From: Pseudomonadota bacterium
GTDB taxonomy: Bacteria > Pseudomonadota > Alphaproteobacteria > UBA6615
Length of the DNA stretch: 60,638 nt
Assembly (NCBI GenBank): GCA_027618305.1
Contig: JAQCFD010000001.1
Span: 1-60,638 of the forward strand
Direction: 5' to 3'
Position numbers and translations under genes: made by a program
The notes under the pieces: model-generated
What the model was told of the DNA's origin: nothing
The model's input: only the letters and a program-made list of their open reading frames with translations
Databases searched by the model: none
Part shown: positions 1 through 9,354 of the stretch, piece by piece
Numbering within the stretch: position 1 is the stretch's first letter
Layout: every line of letters starts with the position of its first letter

Positions 1-645
1 GGTAAGCCCGCCGGCGAATTCAGGTTGTGCGCAGAGAGAGAGGATCAGGCCGTTCTGTTCGGCGATTTCGTCGAGCCGGCCGAGCAACCCCTGCTTTGCG
101 GAGAGGTCGGGGTCGGTCCAGCCATTCCCGGTGTCGTGCGCCGCGCGATCGAGGTTGCGCCGGGTTTTGCGATAAATCTGGGCAAAGCTGACGACGACTT
201 CATCGACGCTGGCCGCGAGCCCACCGGCAAGCCGGGTAAAGTTATCGATATGCCAGGTGGCCGGCGTGGCGTCGGTGATCACCACCGGATCATAGCGCCA
301 GACGATCGATTGTCTTCCGTAACAGTTTGAAATATCACATATATCCGAGATTGCAGTCGCAGCGGCCACGACGGACCTCTCCAGGGCGCGGGGATATCCT
401 GTGACCGTGTATTGCACCACGAAGGGATGGGTGCGCGCGGTCCGCGCCAGTTCCGCGCGAAACGGCTTCGCGTTCCGGGTCCAGAAGACGAAACCGCTGC
501 AATCCTCATCGCGCAGGGAGACCCGGAACGTCTTGCCGTTCCATGCGTTACGCACCTCACACGACCCAGCTATGCGTCTGGCGCGGAACCAATCGCCATA
601 GAACGCCGGAATATCGGTCTTGTAGCTCGCGGAGATGATCGTCAT
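1..645 (-). CDS. DUF1848 domain-containing protein, 3' end cut by the window edge
   Basis: Not in the ORF track because no stop lies within the window. Hand translation from the CAT at 643-645 gives MTIISASYKTDIPAFYGDWFRARRIAGSCEVRNAWNGKTFRVSLRDEDCSGFVFWTRNAKPF..., open to position 1. The N-terminal xIISASxxTDIPAFY pattern is what I recall for the DUF1848 family. Confidence 0.75.
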   Translation of the reverse strand, partial: MTIISASYKTDIPAFYGDWFRARRIAGSCEVRNAWNGKTFRVSLRDEDCSGFVFWTRNAKPFRAELARTARTHPFVVQYTVTGYPRALERSVVAAATAISDICDISNCYGRQSIVWRYDPVVITDATPATWHIDNFTRLAGGLAASVDEVVVSFAQIYRKTRRNLDRAAHDTGNGWTDPDLSAKQGLLGRLDEIAEQNGLILSLCAQPEFAGGLT

Positions 646-700
646 GTGGTGTCAGGGCAAAATAGTGGCGGTGCGCCGGGGAAATCGCCCCAGCCTAGCG

Positions 701-729
701 GTTGCAGACCGGTTCTACCCTCCCTATAT
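701..729 (+). promoter_or_regulatory. Candidate RpoH (sigma-32) heat-shock promoter of dnaKJ
   Basis: GTTG (701-704), 18 nt, then CCTATAT (723-729), about 110 nt upstream of the dnaK ATG. This resembles the alphaproteobacterial RpoH consensus CTTG-N17-CYTATNT. Motif match by eye only. Confidence 0.4.
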
Positions 730-837
730 GTGCGTCGAACAGTTCAGGGCTTCTGAAGCAAGCCCATCCATTTGAGATACAGGGGCCTGTGCCGGTGCCG
801 TTTGGGCCGGGCCGGTCTGCTGAAAAGTGAGGAACTC

Positions 838-2796
838 ATGGCGAAAGTAATTGGTATCGATCTTGGGACCACCAACTCCTGCGTGGCCGTTATGGACGGC
901 GGCACGGGCAAGGTGATCGAAAACTCCGAAGGCGCGCGCACGACGCCGTCGATGGTGGCTTTCTCCGAAGGTTCGGAGCGTCTCGTCGGCCAGGCCGCGA
1001 AGCGCCAGGCTGTCACCAATCCGGAAAACACCATCTTTGCCGTCAAGCGTCTGATCGGTCGCCGGTTCGACGATCCGCTGACGAACAAGGACAAGAGCCT
1101 GGTCCCGTATGAGATTGTCGAGGGCGAGAATGGCGATGCCTGGGTCGAGGCGAACGGCGAGAAATACAGCCCGTCGGAAATCAGCGCCTTTATCCTCCAG
1201 AAGATGAAGGAAACGGCCGAGACGTTCCTCGGCGAGAAGGTCGAGCAGGCCGTCATCACGGTGCCGGCCTATTTCAACGATTCCCAACGTCAGGCCACCA
1301 AGGACGCGGGCAAGATTGCCGGCCTTGAAGTGCTGCGCATCATCAACGAGCCGACCGCGGCGGCGTTGGCCTATGGCCTTGAGAAGAAGGAAGCGGGCAC
1401 GATCGCGGTCTATGACCTCGGTGGCGGCACCTTCGATATTTCCATTCTCGAGATCGGCGACGGCGTCTTCGAAGTGAAGTCGACCAATGGCGACACGTTC
1501 CTGGGCGGCGAGGATTTCGACGCGCGGATCATGGAGTATCTCGCCGACGAGTTCAAAAAGGAGCAGAGCATCGATCTGCGCCAGGACAAGCTCGCCCTGC
1601 AGCGCCTCAAGGAGGCCGCCGAGAAGGCGAAGATCGAGCTTTCCGCCTCGACCCAGACCGAGGTCAACCTGCCGTTTATCACGGCGGACCAGGCCGGGCC
1701 GAAGCATCTCAACATCAAGCTGACCCGGGCGAAGCTCGAAGCGCTGGTCGAGGATCTGGTCGATCGGACCGTCGATCCCTGTGCGGCGGCGCTGAAGGAT
1801 GCGGGCCTGAAGTCGAGCGATATTGACGAGGTCATTCTTGTCGGCGGCATGACCCGCATGCCGAAAATCCTGGAGACGGTGAAGAACTTCTTCGGCCGTG
1901 AGCCCCATCGCGGCGTCAATCCCGACGAGGTCGTTGCCATTGGTGCGGCTATCCAGGCGGGCGTGCTCGCCGGCGACGTCAAGGACGTGCTGCTCCTCGA
2001 CGTGACGCCGTTGTCGCTCGGTATCGAGACGCTGGGCGGTGTCTTCACCCGCCTGATCGATCGCAACACGACGATCCCGACCAAGAAGAGCCAGGTGTTC
2101 TCTACGGCCGAGGACAGCCAGCAGGCCGTGACGATCCGTGTGTTCCAGGGTGAACGCGAGATGGCTGCCGACAACAAGGTGTTGGGCCAGTTCGACCTGG
2201 TGGGCATTCCCAGTGCGCCGCGAGGCGTGCCGCAGATCGAGGTGACCTTCGACATCGACGCGAACGGCATCGTCAACGTGTCCGCCAAGGACAAGGGCAC
2301 GGGCAAGGAGCAGCAAATTCGCATTCAGGCATCGGGTGGTCTGTCCGACGACGACATCGACCGTATGGTCAAGGATGCGGAGGAGCATGCCGCGGATGAC
2401 AAGGCGCGTCGCGCGGCGGTCGAGGCCCGGAACCAGGCCGAGACGCTCGTTCACCAGACCGAGAAGAGCCTTGAGGAACATGGCGACAAGGTCTCCCCCG
2501 AGATCAAGGCGGAGATCGAGGACGACGTCGCGGCACTCAAGGAGGCGCTTGAGGAAGAAGATGCCGAGCTGATCCAGACCAAGCTTGAAGCGCTGGTGAC
2601 GTCGTCGATGAAACTCGGTGAGGCCATCTACAAGGCTGATCAGGAGACCGCGGAATCGGGCATGGCCGACGGCGGCCCGGACGGCGATGAAGGCCCGAAC
2701 GCCGGGGCAGATGAAACCATCGTCGACGCTGACTTCGAAGAAGTCGATGAGGATGATGGTGACGTCGACCGCAAGGACAAGTCGTCCGCCTCGTAA
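838..2796 (+). CDS. dnaK: Molecular chaperone DnaK (Hsp70)
   Basis: Within ORF 772..2796. [19 protein letters not shown]-terminus, plus DLGGGTFD and [11 protein letters not shown] motifs. Start placed at ATG 838, preceded by GAGGAA. Confidence 0.98.
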   Translation: MAKVIGIDLGTTNSCVAVMDGGTGKVIENSEGARTTPSMVAFSEGSERLVGQAAKRQAVTNPENTIFAVKRLIGRRFDDPLTNKDKSLVPYEIVEGENGDAWVEANGEKYSPSEISAFILQKMKETAETFLGEKVEQAVITVPAYFNDSQRQATKDAGKIAGLEVLRIINEPTAAALAYGLEKKEAGTIAVYDLGGGTFDISILEIGDGVFEVKSTNGDTFLGGEDFDARIMEYLADEFKKEQSIDLRQDKLALQRLKEAAEKAKIELSASTQTEVNLPFITADQAGPKHLNIKLTRAKLEALVEDLVDRTVDPCAAALKDAGLKSSDIDEVILVGGMTRMPKILETVKNFFGREPHRGVNPDEVVAIGAAIQAGVLAGDVKDVLLLDVTPLSLGIETLGGVFTRLIDRNTTIPTKKSQVFSTAEDSQQAVTIRVFQGEREMAADNKVLGQFDLVGIPSAPRGVPQIEVTFDIDANGIVNVSAKDKGTGKEQQIRIQASGGLSDDDIDRMVKDAEEHAADDKARRAAVEARNQAETLVHQTEKSLEEHGDKVSPEIKAEIEDDVAALKEALEEEDAELIQTKLEALVTSSMKLGEAIYKADQETAESGMADGGPDGDEGPNAGADETIVDADFEEVDEDDGDVDRKDKSSAS

Positions 2797-2892
2797 CCGA
2801 GGCACGGAGGGGTTCGAACCCGGGTCCGGCGTCCTGACGTCGACCACTGGCGGGTTCGGCCCTCTTCATCGGTGTAGGGGTGGGGAACGTCC

Positions 2893-4032
2893 ATGGCTGA
2901 AAAAGATTTCTACCGGACTCTAGGTGTGGACCGCAGCGCAGACGCTGCGACGCTCAAGAGCGCCTATCGCAAGCTCGCCAAGGAGCTGCATCCCGACCGC
3001 AATCCGGACAATGCGGATGCCGAGCGCCAGTTCAAGGAAATCAATCAGGCCTATGACATCCTGAAGGATGAAGACAAGCGCGCGGCCTATGACCGCTATG
3101 GGCATGAAGCCTTTGAGGGCGGCGGGGGCGGAGGCCATGGTGGTGGCGGCTTCGATTTTTCGGGCGGCGGCTTCGCGGATATTTTCGATGAAATGTTCGG
3201 CATGGGCAGCCGTGGGGGCGGGCGCCGTCAGGCCAGCACCCGCGGCTCCGACTTGCGATACAATCTGGATGTTAGCCTTGAGGACGCCTTCGCCGGCAAG
3301 CAGACCCGGGTGCGGGTCAATGCCTCGGCGGCGTGCGATTCGTGCCACGGCTCCGGTGCGGCCGGCGGCGCCGATCCGGTGACCTGTCCGTCCTGCCAGG
3401 GGGCGGGCAAGGTGCGGGCACAGCAGGGTTTCTTCACGGTCGAGCGCACCTGTCCGACATGTCAGGGCGCGGGCCGGGTGATCGACAATCCGTGCAGCGC
3501 CTGCAGTGGTGCTGGACGCATGGATAAGGAAAAGACCTTGTCAGTGAATGTGCCGGCCGGAATCGAGGACGGGACACGCATCCGCGTTGCCGGCGAGGGC
3601 GAAGCGGGCCTGCGCGGCGGGCCGCCGGGCGATCTGTACATCTTCGTGACCATCCGGCCTCACCGGTTCTTCCGACGTGACGGGGCCGACATCCAGTGTC
3701 GGGTGCCGATCCCGATGACGACGGCGGCGCTGGGCGGCTCCATCGAGGTGCCGACGATCGACGGCACGCGTGCGCGGGTAAACATTCCTGCCGGCACCCA
3801 GGCCGGCCAGCAGTTCCGGCTCCGCGCCAAGGGCATGTCGGTCCTGCGCGCGAATGCCCGCGGCGATATGTATGTGCAGGCGCAGATCGAAACGCCGGTC
3901 AACCTGACCAAGGAGCAGCGCGACCTGCTCAAGCAATTCTCGGATGCGGGCGGCGGGTCGACGAAACACAGCCCTGAATCCGAAGGCTTCTTCACCAAGG
4001 TGAAGGAGTTCTGGGACGACCTGAAGGACTAG
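2893..4032 (+). CDS. dnaJ: Co-chaperone DnaJ
   Basis: J domain with HPD (LHPDRNP), a G/F-rich linker, and four CxxCxGxG zinc-finger repeats ([32 protein letters not shown]). Confidence 0.97.
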   Translation: MAEKDFYRTLGVDRSADAATLKSAYRKLAKELHPDRNPDNADAERQFKEINQAYDILKDEDKRAAYDRYGHEAFEGGGGGGHGGGGFDFSGGGFADIFDEMFGMGSRGGGRRQASTRGSDLRYNLDVSLEDAFAGKQTRVRVNASAACDSCHGSGAAGGADPVTCPSCQGAGKVRAQQGFFTVERTCPTCQGAGRVIDNPCSACSGAGRMDKEKTLSVNVPAGIEDGTRIRVAGEGEAGLRGGPPGDLYIFVTIRPHRFFRRDGADIQCRVPIPMTTAALGGSIEVPTIDGTRARVNIPAGTQAGQQFRLRAKGMSVLRANARGDMYVQAQIETPVNLTKEQRDLLKQFSDAGGGSTKHSPESEGFFTKVKEFWDDLKD

Positions 4033-4114
4033 CATTCCGGCGACGGCGCGCGTTTACGGCGACGCGTGAAATGCTATGGTCTCCGCCATTCCGGCAACGT
4101 GCCGATGAAGGTGG

Positions 4115-4939
4115 ATGAAGATGGTGGATCAACGAAAAATTGGCATTGTCGGCGCTGGCGGGCGCATGGGCCAGATGCTCGTGCGCGTGGTCGCCGAAAC
4201 GGATGGCTGCGTGCTTGCGGGCGCGAGCGAAGTGGCCGGATCGTCGCATCTGGGGGCCGACCCCGGCGTCCTGGCGGGTGTCGGCGAGAGTGGTGTCGCG
4301 ATCACCGACGATACGCCAGGGCTGTTCGCCAGCGTCGATGCCGTGATCGATTTCACGGTCCCCGCAGCGACCGCGGCCCATGCCGCCATGGCTGCCGAGG
4401 CGGGCTGCGCATTGATCGCGGGCACGACCGGCCTGGAGGCTGCGCATCGTGCCGCCCTCGATGCGGCCGCCGCCAGGGTGCCCGTTGTCTGGGCCTCGAA
4501 CATGTCGAGCGGGGTGAACCTCCTGTTCGCCATCACCGAACGGGTGGCGCGTGCGCTCGACCCGGACTTCGATATCGAAATCGTCGAGATGCATCACCGG
4601 CACAAGGTCGACGCCCCGTCGGGGACGGCACTGAGCCTGGGCGAGGCGGCGGCGCGCGGGCGCGGTGTCGATTTCGATTCCGAGAAAGTGCTCTCGCGCG
4701 AGGGCATCACCGGGGAACGGCAGCGCGGCAGTATCGGCTTCGCCACGTTGCGGGGCGGCGATGTCGTGGGAGAGCACAGCGTCGTGTTTGCCGCCGCGGG
4801 AGAACGCATCGAACTGACCCACCGGGCGACGGACCGGGGCATCTTCGCGCGCGGCGCGGTGCGCGCGGCGAACTGGACCGGCGGGCAGCCGCCGGGCCTC
4901 TATTCGATGATGGATGTTCTGGGTCTGAGCGGCATCTAG
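4115..4939 (+). CDS. dapB: 4-hydroxy-tetrahydrodipicolinate reductase
   Basis: IGIVGAGGRMG dinucleotide fold and the EMHHRHKVDAPSGTAL signature. The start could be ATG 4115 or 4121. Confidence 0.93.
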   Translation: MKMVDQRKIGIVGAGGRMGQMLVRVVAETDGCVLAGASEVAGSSHLGADPGVLAGVGESGVAITDDTPGLFASVDAVIDFTVPAATAAHAAMAAEAGCALIAGTTGLEAAHRAALDAAAARVPVVWASNMSSGVNLLFAITERVARALDPDFDIEIVEMHHRHKVDAPSGTALSLGEAAARGRGVDFDSEKVLSREGITGERQRGSIGFATLRGGDVVGEHSVVFAAAGERIELTHRATDRGIFARGAVRAANWTGGQPPGLYSMMDVLGLSGI

Positions 4940-4949
4940 TCGCGACGCT

Positions 4950-5483
4950 TCAGTCTGAAAGCGTTTCGATTCGGCCCTGGGGCGCGCGCAGTTTCTTCAG
5001 GGCCGCACGCAACGCGGTCGCCAGGTCGTCGCGCTCCTCGGGCGTCAGGAAGCCGCCCACCTTCAGCGAACGACCATGGCTCGCCAGCCGTAATTCATTG
5101 TCGCCGCCGGGACGCGGCGTCAGTTCGACCGACAGCCAGTGGGGCGGTGCGAACCGGTGTTCGTTTCGGTGTTCGCGGGATTTTCCGGACATGTTTGACG
5201 GGCGCACGCGCGCCACGGTCAGCGCGTCGGGGGTGAGGCGCAGATGTTCGAACCGTCGGCCGTCGCGCGCGTTGGCGCGAAACGCCCACCAGAACAGCAA
5301 GATCTCGCAGCCGAAGAAGGGCAGCACCAGCCAGGCGCCCTGTGCGGCGAAGAACAGGCCCACCAGGGTCAGCATCCCGGCCATCGCAAACAGCAGATAC
5401 CGAACCCCTTGCGGGCTCAGGCTGCGATGGGGGTAGAGCACCGCATCGAAAATCGGTTCAGGCTGGGCGTGATCCATGCCCAA
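4950..5483 (-). CDS. DUF2244-like integral membrane protein
   Basis: 177 aa. Two adjacent TM helices (LLFAMAGMLTLVGLFFAAQGAWLVLPFFGCEILLFWWAF) followed by a soluble tail, an architecture typical of DUF2244. Family assignment is from memory. Confidence 0.65.
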   Translation of the reverse strand: MGMDHAQPEPIFDAVLYPHRSLSPQGVRYLLFAMAGMLTLVGLFFAAQGAWLVLPFFGCEILLFWWAFRANARDGRRFEHLRLTPDALTVARVRPSNMSGKSREHRNEHRFAPPHWLSVELTPRPGGDNELRLASHGRSLKVGGFLTPEERDDLATALRAALKKLRAPQGRIETLSD

Positions 5484-5536
5484 AGTCTAGGCCGCGGGGC
5501 GGACCGCGAAAAGATGCGCTTTGTCGCAGTCGCCGC

Positions 5537-5582
5537 TTTGTGATCGCCCCCGTGATCGCCTCGTATTCACCCCGTGACCGCC
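5537..5582. repeat. Three direct copies of a GTGAYCGCC-containing 12-mer in the DUF2244/nth divergent intergenic region
   Basis: TTTGTGATCGCC (5537-5548), CCCGTGATCGCC (5549-5560) and CCCGTGACCGCC (5571-5582). Spacings are 12 and 22 nt. Confidence 0.6.
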
Positions 5583-5632
5583 GGTGCGATCAGCGGCTGC
5601 CTCGCGATGCGAAACAGGCTATTTTCGCGGCT

Positions 5633-6277
5633 ATGGCCCGCATGACCAAAGATGAAATCGAGCAATTCTTCGCCCGCCTGTCGGCCGCGAACCCCCATCC
5701 GACCACCGAGCTCGAATACACGAACGTGTACACCCTGCTCGTCGCCGTGGTGCTGTCGGCGCAGGCGACGGATGTCGGCGTGAACAAGGCGACGGCCGAG
5801 TTGTTCAAGACCGTTGATACCCCGGCGAAGATGGTGGCGCTGGGTGAAGACGCGCTCATCGGCCACATCCGAACGATCGGGCTGTTCCGCAACAAGGCGA
5901 AGAATGTGATCGCGCTGAGCGCACAATTGCTGGCCGAGCATGGCGGCGAGGTCCCGGCGGACCGCGCGGCCCTTGAGGCGTTGCCCGGGGTGGGACGGAA
6001 GACCGCGAATGTCGTGCTCAACACGGCCTTCGGCGAGCCGACAATGGCTGTCGATACACATATCTTCAGGCTCTCGAACCGCGCGGGCCTGGCGCCGGGC
6101 AAGGATGTTCGCAAGGTCGAGGATGCGCTGATGAAACGGGTGCCGGCCGACTATCTGCGTCACGCCCATCACTGGCTGATCCTGCACGGGCGCTATGTGT
6201 GCAAGGCGCGCAAGCCGGACTGCATGTCGTGCGTGGTCGCGGATCTGTGCCATTACAAGGCGAAGGTCACCGCTTAA
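5633..6277 (+). CDS. nth: Endonuclease III
   Basis: Inside ORF 5342..6277. Start moved to MARMTKDEIEQFF (ATG 5633 or 5642). HhH motif LPGVGRKTANVVL and a C-terminal Cx6Cx2Cx5C cluster (CKARKPDCMSCVVADLC). Confidence 0.93.
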   Translation: MARMTKDEIEQFFARLSAANPHPTTELEYTNVYTLLVAVVLSAQATDVGVNKATAELFKTVDTPAKMVALGEDALIGHIRTIGLFRNKAKNVIALSAQLLAEHGGEVPADRAALEALPGVGRKTANVVLNTAFGEPTMAVDTHIFRLSNRAGLAPGKDVRKVEDALMKRVPADYLRHAHHWLILHGRYVCKARKPDCMSCVVADLCHYKAKVTA

Positions 6278-6340
6278 GGGCCGTGGTACCGCTCGGGCGT
6301 GTCCTGGGGATATGGGGGACCAGGGTTTCAGTCCCGGTTT

Positions 6341-6751
6341 TTAAGACCGGGCGAACCGCGACAGACAGTCATCCGCCTCGGCACCGACAATCTGACCCTC
6401 GGGCGTGCGGGCCTCGATATGTGTTGCCTGCCGGACATCGCCGCGCGGATAGGCGAAGACATGCAGGATGCAAGCCGCGTTTCGGTATATCCGGAGCTCG
6501 CCCTCGCCTTCGCTGCGGACGAGGTCCGGCGCGCCGATCTGCGCGTCGAGTTGCGCTGCCGTACGGCCGATAAGGTCGGATATCCGCAGTTTTGGGGCCG
6601 TCGACGCGGGGGACGGGGGCCGGTTGGTGGTGGCCACACGGGCCGGCGGCGGGGTGGCGGTTTGCCGCTCGGCCGGCGCGGGCACAGATGCGCCGGCACA
6701 GGCGCTGAGTGTCAGCAGGGCTGCCAGCGTGAATGCGCCGCGCAGGTTCAT
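6341..6751 (-). CDS. Small lipoprotein of unknown function
   Basis: 136 aa. Signal peptide with lipobox LLTLSAC, a Pro-rich linker, and a roughly 80 aa C-terminal domain. Confidence 0.7.
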   Translation of the reverse strand: MNLRGAFTLAALLTLSACAGASVPAPAERQTATPPPARVATTNRPPSPASTAPKLRISDLIGRTAAQLDAQIGAPDLVRSEGEGELRIYRNAACILHVFAYPRGDVRQATHIEARTPEGQIVGAEADDCLSRFARS

Positions 6752-6755
6752 GATG

Positions 6756-6884
6756 TCAGGCCGAAAAGAAGAAGATCGTTACCAGCAAGGTGATTCCTGC
6801 TGCAGACAGGATCGCAATGCGTGACGGGCCGTCGGCCGTATTCGTGCCGCCATGGCCGGCCAGCTTAGTGATGAATCGAAACAT
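6756..6884 (-). CDS. Candidate 42-aa tail-anchored membrane microprotein (49 aa if started at ATG 6905)
   Basis: Hand-translated and below the ORF-track length cutoff: MFRFITKLAGHGGTNTADGPSRIAILSAAGITLLVTIFFFSA*. The C-terminal 20 residues are hydrophobic. The TGA (6756-6758) lies 4 nt before the lipoprotein ATG (TGACATCATG). The 5' end overlaps the bactofilin 3' end out of frame. GGGGAAG lies 9 nt upstream of ATG 6884. Confidence 0.35.
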   Translation of the reverse strand: MFRFITKLAGHGGTNTADGPSRIAILSAAGITLLVTIFFFSA

Positions 6885-7350
6885 CGCCATCCACTTCCCC
6901 GCCATTCTCGATTTCGAGGCGCCCGTAGGACACCGTACCGGTTACTTTTCCCGTCGCCGTGATGCGCAGCGCGCGCGATACGTCGAGATCGCCGTCGAAC
7001 CGGCCACTGATGATGGCGGTCTCGACCTTGGCGCTGCCGTCGAACCGACCGCCGCGTGAAACTTCCAGCGCCCGCGCACAATCCAGCCTGGCTTCAATGC
7101 GCCCCTCAACGATCAGGGAATCACATTCGGTGATGTCACCCTTGAGGGAGATATCGCGACCGACCGTCAGGGTTTTGTTCTCCGATATCCGTCGGGGGTC
7201 GGTGTCGTCGGGGCGCTCGAGACGATCCCTGAGGTTGGGAATATCGGTTGCGCGTGCCGGCTGGCGGTCGAGGAAACTCAGATCGAGTTCCGGCCGCGCG
7301 TCGGCGTTATTGCCCGCATTTTTGTCGGTGTCTTCGGCATCTGCGCTCAT
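6865..7350 (-). CDS. Bactofilin-family polymer-forming cytoskeletal protein
   Basis: 161 aa. Acidic disordered N-terminus, then the repetitive beta-helix pattern (LTVGRDISLKGDITECDSLIVEGRIEARL...GRFDGSAKVETAIISGRFDGDLDV...ITATGKVTGTVSYGRLEIENGGEVDGDV) typical of DUF583/bactofilin. Confidence 0.85.
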   Translation of the reverse strand: MSADAEDTDKNAGNNADARPELDLSFLDRQPARATDIPNLRDRLERPDDTDPRRISENKTLTVGRDISLKGDITECDSLIVEGRIEARLDCARALEVSRGGRFDGSAKVETAIISGRFDGDLDVSRALRITATGKVTGTVSYGRLEIENGGEVDGDVSIHH

Positions 7351-7487
7351 TGTTGCGCCCCCCGTATTGACCCCAGAATCGCCAAACGGGCACGGTAACC
7401 ATCATCCGCACCCGAGAATATATAGAGTCTCAGACGCTTGGATATCGCGTTTATATCAAACTGTCCACAAAATTGTTTAGTGTATTG

Positions 7488-8183
7488 TTATACAATAATA
7501 TTTACTGATTCCAGTTCCCGGGTTTCTTCGAAAATGTGCAACATCATGGCAGTTCCGAACAAAGGCAGGATCAGATTCACGACCGGGATTGAGGCAATCA
7601 CCGCCAGCATCAGGCCGGACATGAAGATCGGGCCGCGCTTTTTGTGCCGGTATCCGTGCAGTTGCCTGGGGGACATGCGACGAAAACCGACCATTTCCAG
7701 ATACTCACGGCCCAGCAGGTGGCCGTTTACCACCCAACCGAGGACGAAATAGATCGGCGGGAAGAAGATGAATATCAAAAGAAACAGGTTAAACACGATC
7801 AGCAGGACGCCGAACTTCAGGCCTGTGACAACAGCCTCCATGATCGATTGATTGCGCGCCGTCGCCAGATGGGGGTAGTGGCGGGCCTCGACGGCCCGGC
7901 AGATCGTCTCGATATAGAAGCCGGCGTAAATCCCCAGAAATGCGGGCAGCAGCAAGATGACGAGCGCGAACACGGCGATCGAGCCGAGCCAGTCCACGGC
8001 GGTTTCGAGCCAGCCACCGACGAACGGCACGTCACCGATCAGTTCGGTGCTCGACAGCAACCAGGTCAGGCCGCTCCACAAGAGTATCGCGGTGACGAGG
8101 CTGAGGCCGATCGATTGCCACAGAACCGAACGCATGCGCGGATCGCCGAGGTCGCTGAGCGCCTTGAAGAATGCTGAAATCAT
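7488..8183 (-). CDS. EI24/CysZ-like membrane protein (sulfate transporter family protein)
   Basis: Within ORF 7488..8264. Start moved to MISAFFKALSDLGDPRMR (ATG 8183). Multiple TM helices and the conserved AVEARHYP segment. Confidence 0.72.
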   Translation of the reverse strand: MISAFFKALSDLGDPRMRSVLWQSIGLSLVTAILLWSGLTWLLSSTELIGDVPFVGGWLETAVDWLGSIAVFALVILLLPAFLGIYAGFYIETICRAVEARHYPHLATARNQSIMEAVVTGLKFGVLLIVFNLFLLIFIFFPPIYFVLGWVVNGHLLGREYLEMVGFRRMSPRQLHGYRHKKRGPIFMSGLMLAVIASIPVVNLILPLFGTAMMLHIFEETRELESVNIIV

Positions 8184-8333
8184 GGTTCTTTGTCTTACCG
8201 TCTCATCTGTGCAAACGCCATCCAAAAGCACGAAAACCGCTGGTTTCGTGGATTGCCTGAGCATCTGGCGCCGCTATACTCGCGCGCCTCATTCCTGAGC
8301 CATCTCGTTTCCCCAATTTGCCCCGGAGTTTCC

Positions 8334-9344
8334 ATGACTGATTCCAACACCGCCGATCGCGCGCTCGATGTTGTCTGCGTCGGCAACGCGATTGTTGATG
8401 TGCTGGCCCAGACCGATGATGCCGTGATCGAGCAGCACGGCATGGTCAAGGGCACCATGGCCCTGATCGATGCCGATCAGGCCGAGGCGCTTTATGCGGC
8501 GATGCCCCAGGGGATCGAGACGTCGGGCGGGTCCGCCGGCAACACCGCGGCGGGGCTCGCCTCGCTGGGCGCGCACTGTGCGTTTATCGGCAAGGTTCGC
8601 GATGATCAGCTCGGCGATATCTTCGCCCACGATATCCGCGCGGTCGGTGCGGAGTTCACAACCCCGGCCGCGACCGACGGCCCGCCGACCGCGCGCTGCC
8701 TGATCCTCATCACGCCGGACGCCCAGCGCACGATGAACACGTTTCTCGGCGCGAGCGTGAATCTGGACCCCGATGATATCGACGCCGACCTGATCGCGCG
8801 CGCGCAGGTGACCTATCTCGAGGGCTATCTCTGGGACCGGGAGGAAGCCAAGGCGGCTTTCCTGAAGGCCGCGGCGCTCGCCGCCGCCAACAAACGGCTG
8901 GTCGCGCTCAGCCTGTCGGACCCGTTCTGCGTCGATCGCCATCGGGATTCGTTCCTCGGTTTCATTCGCGAGCATGTTGATGTGCTTTTCGCCAACGAAG
9001 ACGAGATCATGTCGCTCTACCAGGTCGAGAACTTCGACAGCGCCCTTCAGCATGTTCGCGAAGATTGTCGCATCGCCGCCCTTACGCGATCGGAGAAGGG
9101 CGTCGTGGTCGTGTCGGGGGACGAGGTTCACGTTGTCGATGCCGCCCCGGTGTCGCAGGTGATCGATACGACGGGCGCCGGGGATCAGTTTGCCGCGGGC
9201 TTCCTGTCTGGCCTGACCCGGGGCCGCGATCTGGCAACCTGTGCGCGCATCGGCGCCATCACGGCAGCCGAGGTGATCGACCATGTCGGCCCGCGCCCGC
9301 AGGCCAATCTGGCCGAGCTGGTCGCCGCGCGCCTCGGCGGGTGA
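8334..9344 (+). CDS. PfkB-family adenosine kinase
   Basis: Within ORF 8190..9344. Start moved to MTDSNTADRALDVVCVGNAIVDVL (ATG 8334). PfkB signature DTTGAGDQFAAGF. Confidence 0.85.
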   Translation: MTDSNTADRALDVVCVGNAIVDVLAQTDDAVIEQHGMVKGTMALIDADQAEALYAAMPQGIETSGGSAGNTAAGLASLGAHCAFIGKVRDDQLGDIFAHDIRAVGAEFTTPAATDGPPTARCLILITPDAQRTMNTFLGASVNLDPDDIDADLIARAQVTYLEGYLWDREEAKAAFLKAAALAAANKRLVALSLSDPFCVDRHRDSFLGFIREHVDVLFANEDEIMSLYQVENFDSALQHVREDCRIAALTRSEKGVVVVSGDEVHVVDAAPVSQVIDTTGAGDQFAAGFLSGLTRGRDLATCARIGAITAAEVIDHVGPRPQANLAELVAARLGG

Positions 9345-9354
9345 AGCGGCTGAC

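Noticed and set aside
724-2847. 707-aa ORF antisense to the whole of dnaK
   Set aside because: It exactly shadows a strongly supported Hsp70 gene. Its composition is R/G/L/D/H-rich with no recognisable motifs. Long stop-free antisense frames are expected in high-GC genes with GC3-biased codons.
4066-5436. 456-aa plus-strand ORF overlapping dapB (other frame) and the DUF2244 gene (antisense)
   Set aside because: Its translation is extremely Arg-rich. It conflicts with two better-supported genes, and the dapB frame carries the diagnostic motifs.
6333-6351. CCCGGT-ttttaag-ACCGGG hairpin between convergent nth and the lipoprotein gene, as a bidirectional terminator
   Set aside because: The stem is only 6 bp. 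The T-run is in the loop rather than after the stem, and it overlaps the lipoprotein stop codon. This is insufficient for a terminator call.
7483-7497. TATTGT-TAT-ACAATA inverted repeat spanning the stop codon of the EI24-like gene
   Set aside because: It is an AT-only 6-bp stem with a 3-nt loop, and has no flanking GC stem or U-tract. This is too weak to call as a terminator or operator.
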